Assembly: GCA_965216565.1 (NCBI GenBank)
Contig: OZ244170.1
Location: 5,147,747-5,211,746 of the forward strand
Direction of reading: 5' to 3'
DNA: 64,000 nt
From: Bythopirellula sp.
GTDB taxonomy: Bacteria; Planctomycetota; Planctomycetia; Pirellulales; Lacipirellulaceae
The position numbers and the translations under genes are program-made. Shown one piece after another: positions 1 to 9,983 of this stretch. A model generated the notes under the pieces. It searched no databases. It worked only from the letters and a program-made list of their open reading frames with translations, and was not told where the DNA came from. How positions within the stretch are numbered: the stretch's first letter is position 1; each line of letters opens with the position of its first letter.

Positions 1-689
1 AGCCCTTCGACCATGGCGTCGAAAGTAAGCCCCTGGCGATAGATCAAGCGATACGCCGCCTTCAGCTGCATAATCTCGTCTCGGCTCAGCCCAGCACGTT
101 TCAGTCCGACGCGATTGAGGCCCACGATCAGCGAACCGGGGCCATCGGTCAGTACGAAGGGGGGGACGTCTTGCACCACCTTGGTGCAACCGCCAACCAT
201 TGCCAGACGTCCGACGCGGCAGAACTGGTGGACCGCGGCGTTTCCGCCCAAGCAAGCTCGATCGCCAACCTCTACGTGGCCGCCGAGCATCACTCCGTTG
301 GTCAGAATCACATCGTTGCCCACTTGGCAATCGTGCGCGATATGCGAGCCAACCATCAGCAGACAGTCGTTGCCAATGACGGTCTCCGAACCAGTGTGCA
401 TAGCACGGTGAATCGTAACGTGCTCGCGGAACACATTGCGATCGCCGACTGCTAGTGTTCCCGGTTGAGGAGCGTCGCCCTTATATTGTCCTAGTCCACC
501 CAACACGGTGCCCTCGCCGACTTCATTTTCGGCTCCGAGCTTTGTTCCAGTTTTAATAGATACGTGCGAGTGAAGCTGACAGCGGTCGCCCACGATGGTT
601 CCAGATTCGACAATGCAGAAAGGGCCTATTTCTACACCGGTACCGATCTTGGCTTCGGGACTGATCACGGCCGTAGGATGAATATTCAC
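1..689 (-). CDS. lpxA: Acyl-ACP--UDP-N-acetylglucosamine O-acyltransferase (3' end outside window)
   Basis: Not in ORF track. Manual translation from GTG at 689: MNIHPTAVISPEAKIG...VTIHRA...GSHIAHDC...LGGHVEVGD...AVHQFCRVG...QDVPPF...GLNRVGLKRAG; hexapeptide repeats plus LpxA motifs. Confidence 0.93.
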   Translation of the reverse strand, partial: MNIHPTAVISPEAKIGTGVEIGPFCIVESGTIVGDRCQLHSHVSIKTGTKLGAENEVGEGTVLGGLGQYKGDAPQPGTLAVGDRNVFREHVTIHRAMHTGSETVIGNDCLLMVGSHIAHDCQVGNDVILTNGVMLGGHVEVGDRACLGGNAAVHQFCRVGRLAMVGGCTKVVQDVPPFVLTDGPGSLIVGLNRVGLKRAGLSRDEIMQLKAAYRLIYRQGLTFDAMVEG

Positions 690-1087
690 GTGGGTCTCTT
701 TCAATTCGGCGGGCAATTGCTGGCGTCAACTTTTTATCGCGGAGTACGCCTTTCCGCTAAGTGAGTTATCGGATTTTCGGTTTGTGCAGGCTTAGATATC
801 GAGTCGCCAATCGCGCCAGATACCCAGGCTTGCCAGAACGATCTCCGACAGCAATCACTGCTAGCAAAGCGAACCGTGGTGCGGTTCACTTCTGCCGAGC
901 AATTGGTGCCACTTAGCGGACTTTCTCGCTAATGCAAAATGCCCATCGCAAATGCCAAATACGCTATATAAAAGCGTTCTGCTCGTTCAGCACTATGTTT
1001 ACGGGTTCATCGTGCGAAGAGCAGCGAGATTTTTAGCAGATTGTTAGCAGCAGGGGGAGAACAATCTGGAGGGATCTTCAGCGACCG

Positions 1088-1606
1088 TCAGCTGAGGCGG
1101 TCCCATTGCAAAATGCCCACCAGCGATTTGGCGTCTTCAATTTCCCCACGCACCGCCATGGCGACCGCTTCGCTCCATGGGACTACGAGATTCTCGATTT
1201 CTTCGCCAGCTTCGCGCGCGGTTTTGCCAGCGGTTAGACCTGTGGCTACGAACAGATGCATTCGTTCGTTGAGGATTCCCGGAGACATATAAAAACCAGG
1301 AAGTTCCTGCCAGGTCTCCGCGACGTAACCCGTTTCTTCCTGCAACTCGCGTTTGGCTGTTTCCAAGGGAGGTTCCCCCGGCTCCAGCGTCCCGGCAGGG
1401 AGTTCGACCAAAGTTTTTCCCACAGCCACACGAAAGTTGCGAATCAAACAGACTCGATCTGCGTCTAACAAGGGAATAATTGCCACGGCTCCCGGGTGCA
1501 GCACCACCTGACGGCGGATTTCCGTCGACTCGTCGGTGCTGTGGAGCGTGTGTTCAACCACTTGGAAACGGGACGTCGTCAGTAGAGTTTTCGGGCTATC
1601 TGGCAT
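1088..1606 (-). CDS. NUDIX hydrolase (ADP-ribose pyrophosphatase-like)
   Basis: Nudix box ELPAGTLEPGEPPLETAKRELQEETG; HPGAVAI and SPG motifs of the NudF family. Confidence 0.9.
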   Translation of the reverse strand: MPDSPKTLLTTSRFQVVEHTLHSTDESTEIRRQVVLHPGAVAIIPLLDADRVCLIRNFRVAVGKTLVELPAGTLEPGEPPLETAKRELQEETGYVAETWQELPGFYMSPGILNERMHLFVATGLTAGKTAREAGEEIENLVVPWSEAVAMAVRGEIEDAKSLVGILQWDRLS

Positions 1607-1936
1607 ATGGGGTTCTTTCCAGAGGACATTCTAGGTAGATATTTGTTTTGTCTGCTTTTTGTGCCAGCAGGGTTGTAAAAATAGACAATTCCTGGTCGTA
1701 CCGGGCGTGGAAATCGACCGGAGATGGTTTGCCGTTTTTCAGGCACGTTGGTAGGATAACGATAGTGGAAACTGTATTTCAAGAAGTAGTTCTAGAACGT
1801 TGCAATCCGCCAGAAAACTGATTGAAAAAGCGCCGTTTTTCTAGTCTTAGTGTTCGCTGAGGAAAGTTACTTTCACCGGGCAATTTTAGCCTACGGGCAA
1901 TCTTGGTGCCTTTATCAGGACAGGCGATCTTACAGC

Positions 1937-3034
1937 ATGGCAAGCAACACAACCGACTATTGGAGCTTGTGCATAGGTCGCTGGCGCGGGGTCGAGGTGC
2001 GGTTGCACATCTTGCTCCCTCTACTTGCGTTGGTGGGACTGCTATTAGTTGTGCAAGACAAACTCCAATCGCCAAAGGTGCTGGCGAGTGGCTTGTTGGT
2101 CTTAATAGCCAGCGTCGCCGCGGCTGAACTTGTGCGATGGCTGACGGCCCTTCGTTTTGGCGGCCAAAGTGAATCGCTAGTCCTCGGACCAGTTGGTGGA
2201 TTCACCAAGCTTACACTTCCGAGCGATCCTCCGGCGCATATCGCAACTGCCCTCGCGGTACCAACAACTTTTCTCGTGCTAATGGTCGCGGCAGCTTGTT
2301 CTTTGGCTGTGGCCGGGGACGACAATGTCCTCCGCCTACTGAATCCAATTAATCCGCAGCTCAGTCAATTCAACCCTGAACTGAATCGACTGCCGGCTCA
2401 ACCTCTTGATGTTGTGACAGGTTCCAGCACGATCTTGCCAATCGTTGGTGAGCTATTCGTATGGGTGAATTTCTGTTTGTTCTTGGTCAGCCTACTTCCG
2501 ATCGAACCTTGCGCCGGTGGCGAATTGCTGTGCGGTGTGTTATGGCCAATTGTAGGGCTCACAACTGCCCGCTCGCTAACTTCGCTGGTGGCAATCGGAG
2601 CAGGGGTGATGGCTGTTCTGTTGGCCCTGGTGATGGCTAGCGAAACCTCTGGCCCCTTGCTGCCAGCCTGGTTCCCCCTGGCCACTGCAGCACTATTCCT
2701 GTTTTACGGCGGAATGCGTCCCAGTCCCCAGCGCCGAGTCGATCTTGGTTTAGCAATCGATGAGTTTGATTCAGACGACGAACTGTGGATCACAAGCCAC
2801 TGGGAGGACGACGATTACGAAGCCGTGCTCGTCGAACACTTGCAAGACAAGCAGCAAGAAGCGATCGATCGCAAACGCCGCGAGCGTGAGGCCAGCGAAG
2901 ACGCCCGCGTCGATGCTATCTTGGCTCAGCTAAACAGTTTGCGGTTCGACGAGTTGCCCGAGGAAGATCGGGCCATTTTGAAACGCGCTAGCCGTCGCTA
3001 TCGCCGTCGCCGACTAGCCGAGGATGAGTCGTAG
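1937..3034 (+). CDS. Site-2 protease (M50)-like membrane protein with degenerate active site
   Basis: WSLxIGRWRGVEVRLH N-terminus and LGPVGG typical of M50B; HExxH position reads AELVR; charged C-terminal helix; start taken at ATG 1937. Confidence 0.7.
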   Translation: MASNTTDYWSLCIGRWRGVEVRLHILLPLLALVGLLLVVQDKLQSPKVLASGLLVLIASVAAAELVRWLTALRFGGQSESLVLGPVGGFTKLTLPSDPPAHIATALAVPTTFLVLMVAAACSLAVAGDDNVLRLLNPINPQLSQFNPELNRLPAQPLDVVTGSSTILPIVGELFVWVNFCLFLVSLLPIEPCAGGELLCGVLWPIVGLTTARSLTSLVAIGAGVMAVLLALVMASETSGPLLPAWFPLATAALFLFYGGMRPSPQRRVDLGLAIDEFDSDDELWITSHWEDDDYEAVLVEHLQDKQQEAIDRKRREREASEDARVDAILAQLNSLRFDELPEEDRAILKRASRRYRRRRLAEDES

Positions 3035-3091
3035 CAGCAGTGCGATACGCGGTATCACGACGATTCCTGCGGCCCATTCTGTAGGTCCCAG

Positions 3092-4693
3092 CTAGTCCCA
3101 CCACCAGACGATTTCTTCGGATTTCGGGGCGGGGGCATCCTTCAGAATCGAATTCTCTGATGTCACATTCTTCGCGGCAACGATTGGCGCTGACTTCGCC
3201 GCATCGAGCCACACTCCACCACTGATGCCGGCAATGATATGCCGCCGATTGATCACTCGGTGATTGACCACCGTCTCCACCTCGGTGGGAACCGAAAGCT
3301 TGGGTAACCGCAAAGCATCGTCTGAAGAAAACAGCTCCGCGCCCCAGCCGATGCGTTCCATGAGCCCCTCGCGACGCACAATCGAAAGTGCCAGCTCGAG
3401 GTCAAACACATTTCTCAACTCGCCATACAGTGGATAAGCCTGCGAGAGTGTACTGAAGTGTTTGGTAAACGAATTGGCGAACTGTAAATTCAGATCATCC
3501 GATTTACCGGTATGAACGCGGCGACCTTGGGCGGCCAGCAACTCATTTTCGCTGAGCACCTTCACACCTTGGCCCTGGAGTCGATATGTGGTTCGCTCGA
3601 CATTCACTTGCACAGGCTCGTAGTTCATGGCAAACCACCACCGTAGAACAGACATTGGGGGGGCGGAACCATCAGGCATGAGTTGGACGGTACTGAGATA
3701 GCTTTCCACGCCATCAACACCTTCGGCGATTCCCATCCCGACGAGCTTCATGTGATAGTCGGCCATCAACAGGACGCGAGCAACATGGCTTTCTGCCTCT
3801 ATTCCGAAGAAAACAACGTCCTGTTGACCGAGAGTTTTTTGCAAACCCTCCAGCCACTTGCCACGGTCGGAGGGTTCGAGGGGCTCTTGGCTGGACCGAT
3901 CGAGATAGCTCTGAGTGGCTGCCAACGCCTGCTGACGCGGAATAATCGAACAGCCAAAAGACTCGGCTCGTTGTTGTTGAGGACGCCTCCATAGAGTGAG
4001 CAAATCATCGAGCCGGACCACGGGCAGCCCCGTTTGGACGCTAACGATGCGACCGTTTTCTTGAATCTGCCAATCACCTGCCGGCCCTGCGAGGATCAGG
4101 TCGCCGGAGTCGGGTGCGACGAGCACATGCTCAATCCGCTCGAGACCTGCCAGCGTCAGCATTTCAGAGGATAGCGGTTGATGCTCAAGTTGCCGTTGCC
4201 AAATGGCCTGTTCCAGCTTGGGGAGGGAGACAAATCGTAGCTTGGACGATTGACGAGCGTCTCCCGTCTGGCGGTCCGTAGAATTCAAGTCCGTAGGTGA
4301 GAACTCCTTCGCACTACTCGGTGCCTCAGAGAATGCGAGCGCCCCGGCAGAACTGATATAAACGCCCGTGGGGAATGGCTGCACCTCGCCATCCCCGGTG
4401 CCGTTTTCCATCCAGGTATCTGCTTCGACAGTCGATTGTATGAGATCGATGAGCGAATCGAAGTCTGCATTCTGCGAGCCACCTTGCCCCGTGCCACCTA
4501 TGCCGCCAAAGATATTCTGGTTGCCTTGGCCGCCTTGATTGCCCTGACCAATTTGGTTGCCTGGGCCGTTACCTTGTTGACCGAATCCTTGCTGGCCGAT
4601 GCCTTGTTGCCCGCAAGACGTATTCGCGACAAGTGAAGCCAAGAATAAGGAGGCAAAAAGTGAAGCAGGCCTGAGCCTAAAGGGAGTGAACAT
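3092..4693 (-). CDS. DUF1598-type planctomycete secreted protein
   Basis: Signal peptide, Gly/Gln-rich stretch, motifs LRFVSLPKLE, LAGL, GCSI, ADYHMKLVGMG, RWWF, GGV; start taken at ATG 4693. Confidence 0.75.
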   Translation of the reverse strand: MFTPFRLRPASLFASLFLASLVANTSCGQQGIGQQGFGQQGNGPGNQIGQGNQGGQGNQNIFGGIGGTGQGGSQNADFDSLIDLIQSTVEADTWMENGTGDGEVQPFPTGVYISSAGALAFSEAPSSAKEFSPTDLNSTDRQTGDARQSSKLRFVSLPKLEQAIWQRQLEHQPLSSEMLTLAGLERIEHVLVAPDSGDLILAGPAGDWQIQENGRIVSVQTGLPVVRLDDLLTLWRRPQQQRAESFGCSIIPRQQALAATQSYLDRSSQEPLEPSDRGKWLEGLQKTLGQQDVVFFGIEAESHVARVLLMADYHMKLVGMGIAEGVDGVESYLSTVQLMPDGSAPPMSVLRWWFAMNYEPVQVNVERTTYRLQGQGVKVLSENELLAAQGRRVHTGKSDDLNLQFANSFTKHFSTLSQAYPLYGELRNVFDLELALSIVRREGLMERIGWGAELFSSDDALRLPKLSVPTEVETVVNHRVINRRHIIAGISGGVWLDAAKSAPIVAAKNVTSENSILKDAPAPKSEEIVWWWD

Positions 4694-4930
4694 TACTGGC
4701 CTCGTTCTGTTCCAAGTTGCGATGACGTTCTTTGCAGTCGAACGTCGAACAAACAGCGTGGCAAAAATTCCCGTGCGGATGGGAAACCACAACTCTCCCC
4801 AGCTGGATTATCTGTCAGATAGCCTGCGCTGTCTAGATTTTTCCCGGGAATCAGATACGCGACACCACTATGCGGAATGCTCAACAAATTGTTGACACCA
4901 TGGTCGAATAGACTCAGTTCTATTCGGTAT

Positions 4931-6196
4931 CTACTCGATGGAAATACGTCCCGACTTGTTCTCGCCAGCGACAACTTCGACGAAATCACCACAATCGGCA
5001 AGCTCGGCGGCGACTTCCACGGGGGCATAACGGCAGGAGGTTCCGACATTGATTGGCTGAGCATCATCGAGCGGTCCCTCGACCAACACCTTAAGGGGCA
5101 TTCCTTGTAGCGAATCGAAGTAATCGTCGCGCAGCCCCGCTTCAATTCTGGCAAGCTCTTTGCCCCGCTCTTGCTTGGTCTTTTTCGGAAGTTGATCGGG
5201 AAGCTCAGCGGCAGGTGTTGTCCGTCGCGCACTGAAAGGAAAGATGTGGATCTTCGAGAAGCCGACGCGACGCGAAACATCGCAAGTCTCTTCAAATTCG
5301 GTGTCTGTTTCCCCCGGGAAACCAACAATGATGTCAGTGGTAATAGCGGGCCGATCGAGCGACTCTTTCAACAGCTGGCAACGATCGACAAACCGCTGGC
5401 TACCCCAGCGTCTCCGCATGCGACGCAGCACACTGTCGCTTCCACTTTGCATGGAAATGTGCAAGTGGGGACAGACCTTGTCACCGTGATTGGTCATCAC
5501 GGCAATCAATTCACGGGTCACTTCTGTCGCTTCGATGCTGGAGAGTCGAATACGAAAGTCGCCAGGTAGCTCTGCAATGGCTCGCACGAGATGAGACAAT
5601 CGGGTCCACTTTTCTTTCGGGAGTTTACGATTCCAATCGACTCCGTAGTGACCCAGATGGATACCAGTAAGCACTACCTCCCTGTAACCGTTGTCTACTA
5701 GCCGGCGGACTTCGTCGAGAATATGCAGAAGCGGTCGGCTGGTAAGCTCCGGTCGAACGTGTGGAATAATACAGAAACTGCATCGCAACATGCAGCCGTC
5801 TTGCACCTTCACATAAGCGCGGTGCCGACGACCAAATCCGGAAATGCCCGTGGGAACATCGGTGACGCCAAACCGACCGAGCAAATCGGGCAGCTCGCGT
5901 TTGTCAGTCAATACCTCGGTAACTTGCGGCAGGCTGGCAACATCTTCGGGCGCCCGGGTCGCATAGCAACCCATCACCACAATCTTGCTCGCCGGATTAT
6001 CACGAGCCATTCGACGGATGATTTGCCGACTTTTCGAGTCGCCTTCACTAGTCACCGTGCAAGTGTTGACAATGCACAGGTCGGCAGCGTCTTCGCTTGT
6101 CGCGTCCTCGTAGCCAATCCCCAAAAGTCCTTCCCGGATGTATTCCGTTTCGTACTGATTGACCTTGCAACCTAGAGTGTAAGTTTTCAGTTTCAC
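4931..6196 (-). CDS. mtaB: tRNA t6A37 methylthiotransferase MtaB
   Basis: TLGCKVNQYE, NTCTVT, radical SAM motif KVQDGCMLRCSFCIIP, DIIVGFPGET. Confidence 0.93.
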   Translation of the reverse strand: MKLKTYTLGCKVNQYETEYIREGLLGIGYEDATSEDAADLCIVNTCTVTSEGDSKSRQIIRRMARDNPASKIVVMGCYATRAPEDVASLPQVTEVLTDKRELPDLLGRFGVTDVPTGISGFGRRHRAYVKVQDGCMLRCSFCIIPHVRPELTSRPLLHILDEVRRLVDNGYREVVLTGIHLGHYGVDWNRKLPKEKWTRLSHLVRAIAELPGDFRIRLSSIEATEVTRELIAVMTNHGDKVCPHLHISMQSGSDSVLRRMRRRWGSQRFVDRCQLLKESLDRPAITTDIIVGFPGETDTEFEETCDVSRRVGFSKIHIFPFSARRTTPAAELPDQLPKKTKQERGKELARIEAGLRDDYFDSLQGMPLKVLVEGPLDDAQPINVGTSCRYAPVEVAAELADCGDFVEVVAGENKSGRISIE

Positions 6197-6296
6197 TGCG
6201 TTGTATCTTTCTTTTTCCTGCCTGCCTGGCGGTGCTTGTCGCCACGATTAGACTGCAGCCTAGTGGGCCATTTCAAATTTCACAATTCCGCTTGCT

Positions 6297-6644
6297 TTAT
6301 TCGACCGCTTCGATCGTACTCCACATCGATCCTTTGCTAGATTCCATGTTATCTTTGCCGTAGGCGTGAATCTGGTCTCGCTTTAGTTCGGCGTGCTCTT
6401 TTGTCGTTGTGAGCACCACGGCACGGCCCTCTTCGTCGACGCCCTTGGCGATTTTCTCGCACTGTTGTTTTTCGTGGCCAAAGAGTTCGCGGAGCATCTT
6501 TTCTACGTAGTCGAAAGTGTGATCGTCACTGTCCCACAAAAGCACGTTGTACCGAGGCTGGCGGCGTTCGACGTGCTGGCCCTCTGCTTGCTTCTCGGGA
6601 ACGACTGTGGCTACACCCTGGTCGTCTTCTTCAAACTCATCCAT
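6297..6644 (-). CDS. clpS: ATP-dependent Clp protease adaptor ClpS
   Basis: PRYNVLLWDSDDHTFDYVEKML...EGRAVV...EHAE. Confidence 0.88.
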   Translation of the reverse strand: MDEFEEDDQGVATVVPEKQAEGQHVERRQPRYNVLLWDSDDHTFDYVEKMLRELFGHEKQQCEKIAKGVDEEGRAVVLTTTKEHAELKRDQIHAYGKDNMESSKGSMWSTIEAVE

Positions 6645-6890
6645 CTATTCAAACCTCTGTCTTTAGCGATTCCCTAGCCAGGCACCGGTGGCGTGATCTC
6701 TCTGACGGCATTATATTAAACGCCCGACCTAAGGGGATACTTGCAGCACTACTTTCCTTGGTTTTGGCAGAACGATGCAATTGAGCATCGCTAAGAATTC
6801 CCGCCTGGCATAGTAGCGTCTGTCAATCATGGTCCAATCGTCAAATTACTCCATCTCACCGCCACCATTTCGTCCCCGAAATTTGATCAC

Positions 6891-8264
6891 GTGATAGACA
6901 AAGTACTCCAATATATTGAGGCGAATAGCCAGCGGTTCCAAGACGACTTGATGAAACTGCTACGCATCCCCAGTGTTAGCGCCGACTCGGCTCATAAGGA
7001 CGACGTGCAGCAGGCCGCCGACTGGCTAACCGCTCATCTGGGAGAAATGGGGCTCGCGGCGGAGCAAATTGACACCGACGGCCATCCACTGGTGTATGCG
7101 GAGTCGCCGCCAGTACCAGGGGCACCGGTGGCGCTTGTCTACGGTCACTACGACGTCCAACCTCCCGATCCGCTCGACTTGTGGGAGACGCCCCCATTCG
7201 AGCCGACCGTGCGCGATGGCAACGTTTACGCGCGTGGCGCGAGTGACGACAAAGGGCAGATGCTCACGCATGTAAAAAGTCTGGAGGCGTGGTCTAAGGC
7301 AGCCGACTCACTCCCCTTACAGGTTAAGGTCCTGATCGAAGGCGAGGAAGAAGTTGGTAGTGCAAATCTGGAGAAATTCCTGGCCGACAACGCTGCTAAG
7401 CTTGCTTGCGATTGTGTGGTCATTAGCGACACGGCCCAATTCGCACCAGGGATTCCTGCGATCACCTATGGGTTGAAAGGAATCGCCTATCTTGAACTGC
7501 GGCTGACCGGTCCCAATCGCGATCTACATTCGGGCGTGTTTGGCGGTGCGGTTACCAATCCTGCAAACGCACTTGCACAGATTCTCGATAAGTTGATCGA
7601 CGATCAAGGCCGCATCCAAATTCCAGGTTTCTACGACAACGTGGTGCCGCTGGAAGACCGGGAACGCGAGCAGTGGAAAGACCTGCCATTTGACCAGCAG
7701 GAGTTTGAAAACGAACTCGATGTCGATGGCGTAACAGGCGAGGCGGGTTACACAACGCTCGAACGTCGCTGGGCCCGGCCGACTTTTGATATCAATGGGT
7801 TAACCAGCGGATACCAAGGCGAAGGTGCCAAGACGGTGCTGCCATCGAAAGCGTCGGCCAAGTTCAGTTTCCGCTTAGTTCCTAATCAGGACCCAAAGCA
7901 AGTGGCGGACAGCTTGCGAGCGTTCCTGCCGACATTGTTGCCGCCAGGCATCACGATGGAACTGATCGAATATCACGGCGGAGCGGGAATTGCCTTTCCA
8001 CTAGATAGCCCGATGATGGACGCGGCCAGCGAAGCCATCGAGGTCGGCTTCGGGAAGCGGCCCGTGTTTATGCGCGAAGGGGGCTCGATTCCCATTGTAA
8101 GTAGCTTTTCTCAGCATTTAGGGGCGGAGGTGCTCTTGTTGGGATGGGGTCAAAACGACGACAATCTGCATAGTCCCAACGAGAAGTTCTCGCTGGAAGC
8201 TTTCCAGCAGGGCATCCGTACCAGCGCCGCGTTGTGGGACCGTTTGGGCCAGATTAAAAAATAA
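6891..8264 (+). CDS. M20 family dipeptidase
   Basis: YGHYDVQP, ARGASDDKGQ, EGEEEVGS, DLHSG, GGSIP, HSPNE. Confidence 0.92.
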   Translation: MIDKVLQYIEANSQRFQDDLMKLLRIPSVSADSAHKDDVQQAADWLTAHLGEMGLAAEQIDTDGHPLVYAESPPVPGAPVALVYGHYDVQPPDPLDLWETPPFEPTVRDGNVYARGASDDKGQMLTHVKSLEAWSKAADSLPLQVKVLIEGEEEVGSANLEKFLADNAAKLACDCVVISDTAQFAPGIPAITYGLKGIAYLELRLTGPNRDLHSGVFGGAVTNPANALAQILDKLIDDQGRIQIPGFYDNVVPLEDREREQWKDLPFDQQEFENELDVDGVTGEAGYTTLERRWARPTFDINGLTSGYQGEGAKTVLPSKASAKFSFRLVPNQDPKQVADSLRAFLPTLLPPGITMELIEYHGGAGIAFPLDSPMMDAASEAIEVGFGKRPVFMREGGSIPIVSSFSQHLGAEVLLLGWGQNDDNLHSPNEKFSLEAFQQGIRTSAALWDRLGQIKK

Positions 8265-8353
8265 AACACAGAAAAAAATAAAACACTGCAACAAGTGATG
8301 CACATCAAGAACTGCAACAAGCAGGCCAGTAATCTAGGGGTGACGTAGGAAGA

Positions 8354-9637
8354 ATGCTCGATAAACGCTTTATTCTCGACAATATCGAGACCGTTCAGGA
8401 AAACTGCAACCATCGCGGCGTGAAGGCTGACGTGGCGCGGTTCGCAAGATTAGAAACCGAATGCCGTCAGTTGCAGCAAGAGGTTGAAGAACTGTCGCGG
8501 CAAGCAAATTTGGTTAGCAAGTCTATTGGCAAAGCCAAGGACGACGCCGAGCGAGAACAGCGTAAAGAAGAAGGCCGTGCACTTCGCGAACAGAAGGATG
8601 CCAAGCAGACCGAGATGGATCGTATCGCCGCCGAGGCGGGGGCCATCTATCGCAGTATGCCGAATCTCACGCATCCCGAAGCACCCATCGGCGAGGAAGC
8701 ACATAGTCGCGAGATTCGTAAAGGCGAAGTGGAAGTCAAACGGTTCAGCTTCCCCGTGCACGACCACGTGGAGCTCGCTAACCAACACGATCTGGTCGAC
8801 TTCGAAGGCGGAGCCCGCATCGCCGGGAATGGCTTCTACTTTCTCAAGAACGAAGCAGTGATGCTGGAACTAGCACTTCAGCAATATGTAATGGAGCTTC
8901 TGGTTGGCGAAGGGTTTGTACCCACAATCACTCCCGACTTAGCTCGCGGCGAAATCCTCTCCGGCATCGGCTTTATTCCACGTGGACCTGAAACTCAGAT
9001 CTACAGCATCGAGAATCACGATTTAAATTTGGTTGCTACCGCCGAGATTACCTTGGGCGGTATGTATTCCGGCCAAGTGATTGACGTCGAGCAATTGCCG
9101 CTCAAGCTATGCGGCATTAGCCATTGCTTCCGAACCGAAGCGGGCGCCGCCGGACGGGCCTCGCGGGGGCTGTACCGCGTGCATCAGTTCACCAAGGTCG
9201 AGATGTTCGCTTTCACGCTGCCGGAGCAAAGCGAAGACATGCACAACTACTTCTGCGACTTGGAATGCCAAATATTCGATGGCCTGGGGATTCCATATCG
9301 GGTGATCGACACCGCCACCGGCGATCTAGGCGGTCCGGCCTACCGCAAGTTTGATCTGGAAGCATGGATGCCGGGGCGGGGCGAGAACGGCGAGTATGGC
9401 GAAGTCACCTCGGCAAGCAATTGCACCGACTACCAGGCGCGACGTCTCAACATTCGCTCAAAGGTGAAGGGCGAGAAAGGTACGAACTTTGTCCACACCC
9501 TCAACGGCACAGCCGTGGCCATCAGCCGAGCGATCATCGCAATCCTAGAAAACTGCCAACAACCCGACGGCACCATCCTGGTGCCCGAGGTGCTGCGGAA
9601 ATGGGTCGGCAAAGAGCGCATCGGTGCGACGGGCTAG
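8354..9637 (+). CDS. serS: Serine--tRNA ligase
   Basis: N-terminal coiled coil, TAE, FRTEAG, GLYRVHQFTKVE, DLEAWMPG, SNCTDYQARRL, HTLNGT. Confidence 0.97.
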   Translation: MLDKRFILDNIETVQENCNHRGVKADVARFARLETECRQLQQEVEELSRQANLVSKSIGKAKDDAEREQRKEEGRALREQKDAKQTEMDRIAAEAGAIYRSMPNLTHPEAPIGEEAHSREIRKGEVEVKRFSFPVHDHVELANQHDLVDFEGGARIAGNGFYFLKNEAVMLELALQQYVMELLVGEGFVPTITPDLARGEILSGIGFIPRGPETQIYSIENHDLNLVATAEITLGGMYSGQVIDVEQLPLKLCGISHCFRTEAGAAGRASRGLYRVHQFTKVEMFAFTLPEQSEDMHNYFCDLECQIFDGLGIPYRVIDTATGDLGGPAYRKFDLEAWMPGRGENGEYGEVTSASNCTDYQARRLNIRSKVKGEKGTNFVHTLNGTAVAISRAIIAILENCQQPDGTILVPEVLRKWVGKERIGATG

Positions 9638-9686
9638 CGGTGGTGTTCTGGCTGAATCACTAATTCAGTCATCAAGCAAGTTGTCG

Positions 9687-9983
9687 TTATGACCTCGTGC
9701 GGCTGAATGGTGCCGTCGGGTCGGAAATTAGGTGCCCAGGGAACTTGTCGAAATCTTTGGCTTCTCGAAGTCCGTTGGCAACCTGGATCACATCGTCGGA
9801 CGCAACAACTGTCGGGTAGCCAGCAGTCGTCAGTATTCGTTTGAGACCTTGAGAATCTTGCACCCTACATAGCTCTTGGTACTCATCGAATGAGAAGTAC
9901 ATTCCCTTCTCGCCACGACGCGCAAGCTCACTAACGAGTTTTGGCCCAAGTGAACCGTGATCAACGCAAGAGTCTATCTTCAT
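9687..9983 (-). CDS. Small hypothetical protein
   Basis: 98-aa ORF whose ATG overlaps the sppA stop (ATGA); no recognisable motif. Confidence 0.4.
   Translation of the reverse strand: MKIDSCVDHGSLGPKLVSELARRGEKGMYFSFDEYQELCRVQDSQGLKRILTTAGYPTVVASDDVIQVANGLREAKDFDKFPGHLISDPTAPFSRTRS

Noticed and set aside
115..764. Plus-strand ORFs at the window start
   Set aside because: Antisense shadows of lpxA
8256..8353. T-box or other leader upstream of serS
   Set aside because: Only about 90 nt, with short duplicated A-rich words; no T-box consensus or terminator
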